This document shows positions 63,685-64,000 of a stretch of 64,000 nucleotides of DNA, piece after piece. The notes below the pieces were generated by a model. The model searched no databases. It was not told where the DNA came from and was given only the letters and a program-made list of their open reading frames with translations. The DNA lies in the NCBI RefSeq assembly GCF_018977255.1, contig NW_024704742.1, forward strand, positions 125,924,001-125,988,000, in the 5' to 3' direction. This DNA is from Callorhinchus milii (lineage: Eukaryota). Positions within the stretch are counted from its first letter, which is position 1; every line of letters begins with the position of its first letter. The position numbers were made by a program, and so were the translations under genes.

Positions 63685-64000
63685 GGAGTCCTGTAGCTCA
63701 GTGGTTAGAGCACTCGCTTTGCAAGTGAGAGACCTGAGTTCAATTCCAGGCAGGGCGAAACCTTGGGCAAGTTTCCTTACTCCACACGCCTAATAATAAT
63801 CCCTCCAAAATCAAAAACTATGATAAATTGGTCATTTTCAATCTACGACTGTTTGTGGGACATTGCTGTGCGCAATTGGCTGCCGCGTTCGCCCACAAAT
63901 ATACAGTCAATTCACTTTACAGTGTGTTCTGTGAAGCGCTTTGGGACATCCTCCCGACGTGAAAAGCGCTATATCAAATGCAAGGATTATTATTATTATT
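63685..64000 (+). mobile_element. Young full-length tRNA/Deu SINE
   Basis: tRNA-Ala-like head (A box TAGCTCAGTGG, B box GTTCAATTCC, TGC loop), Deu-like core, L2-type tail and (ATT)n. Confidence 0.92.

Noticed and set aside
63685..63765. tRNA-Ala(TGC)-like cloverleaf (also at 28987, 62015, 33920-34001 and 125-207)
   Set aside because: It is the Pol III head of a SINE: the T-arm is imperfect and it always continues into the SINE body and tail.
56459..64000. HCN1 exon 3 (IFHMTYDLASA...)
   Set aside because: Not found in the ORF track or by eye; it presumably lies beyond the window.

Overview
Repeat-rich vertebrate genomic DNA. The repeat set (L2 and CR1 LINE fragments, tRNA-headed Deu-domain SINEs) suggests a cartilaginous fish such as elephant shark; this is inference. 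The only host protein-coding gene I can support is the 5' part of an HCN1-type hyperpolarization-activated cyclic nucleotide-gated channel on the + strand. Coding exon 1 is 38744-39468 in a CpG island, followed by a ~16.6 kb phase-2 intron and exon 2 (56035-56458, S1-S4 voltage sensor); the gene continues past the window. Nearly all other ORFs in the track are LINE/SINE debris or low-complexity frames. I see no new multi-gene system. Best leads: a 112-aa polyS/polyQ/polyH N-terminal extension ahead of the canonical-looking HCN1 start; an out-of-frame uORF whose stop overlaps that start (TGATG); a 61-unit switch-region-like pentamer array in intron 1; a duplicated E-box/AP-1 module in intron 1; two CTCF-like sites; a SINE-LINE chimera; and multi-hairpin MITE-like elements. 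Repeat boundaries are approximate, read by eye.
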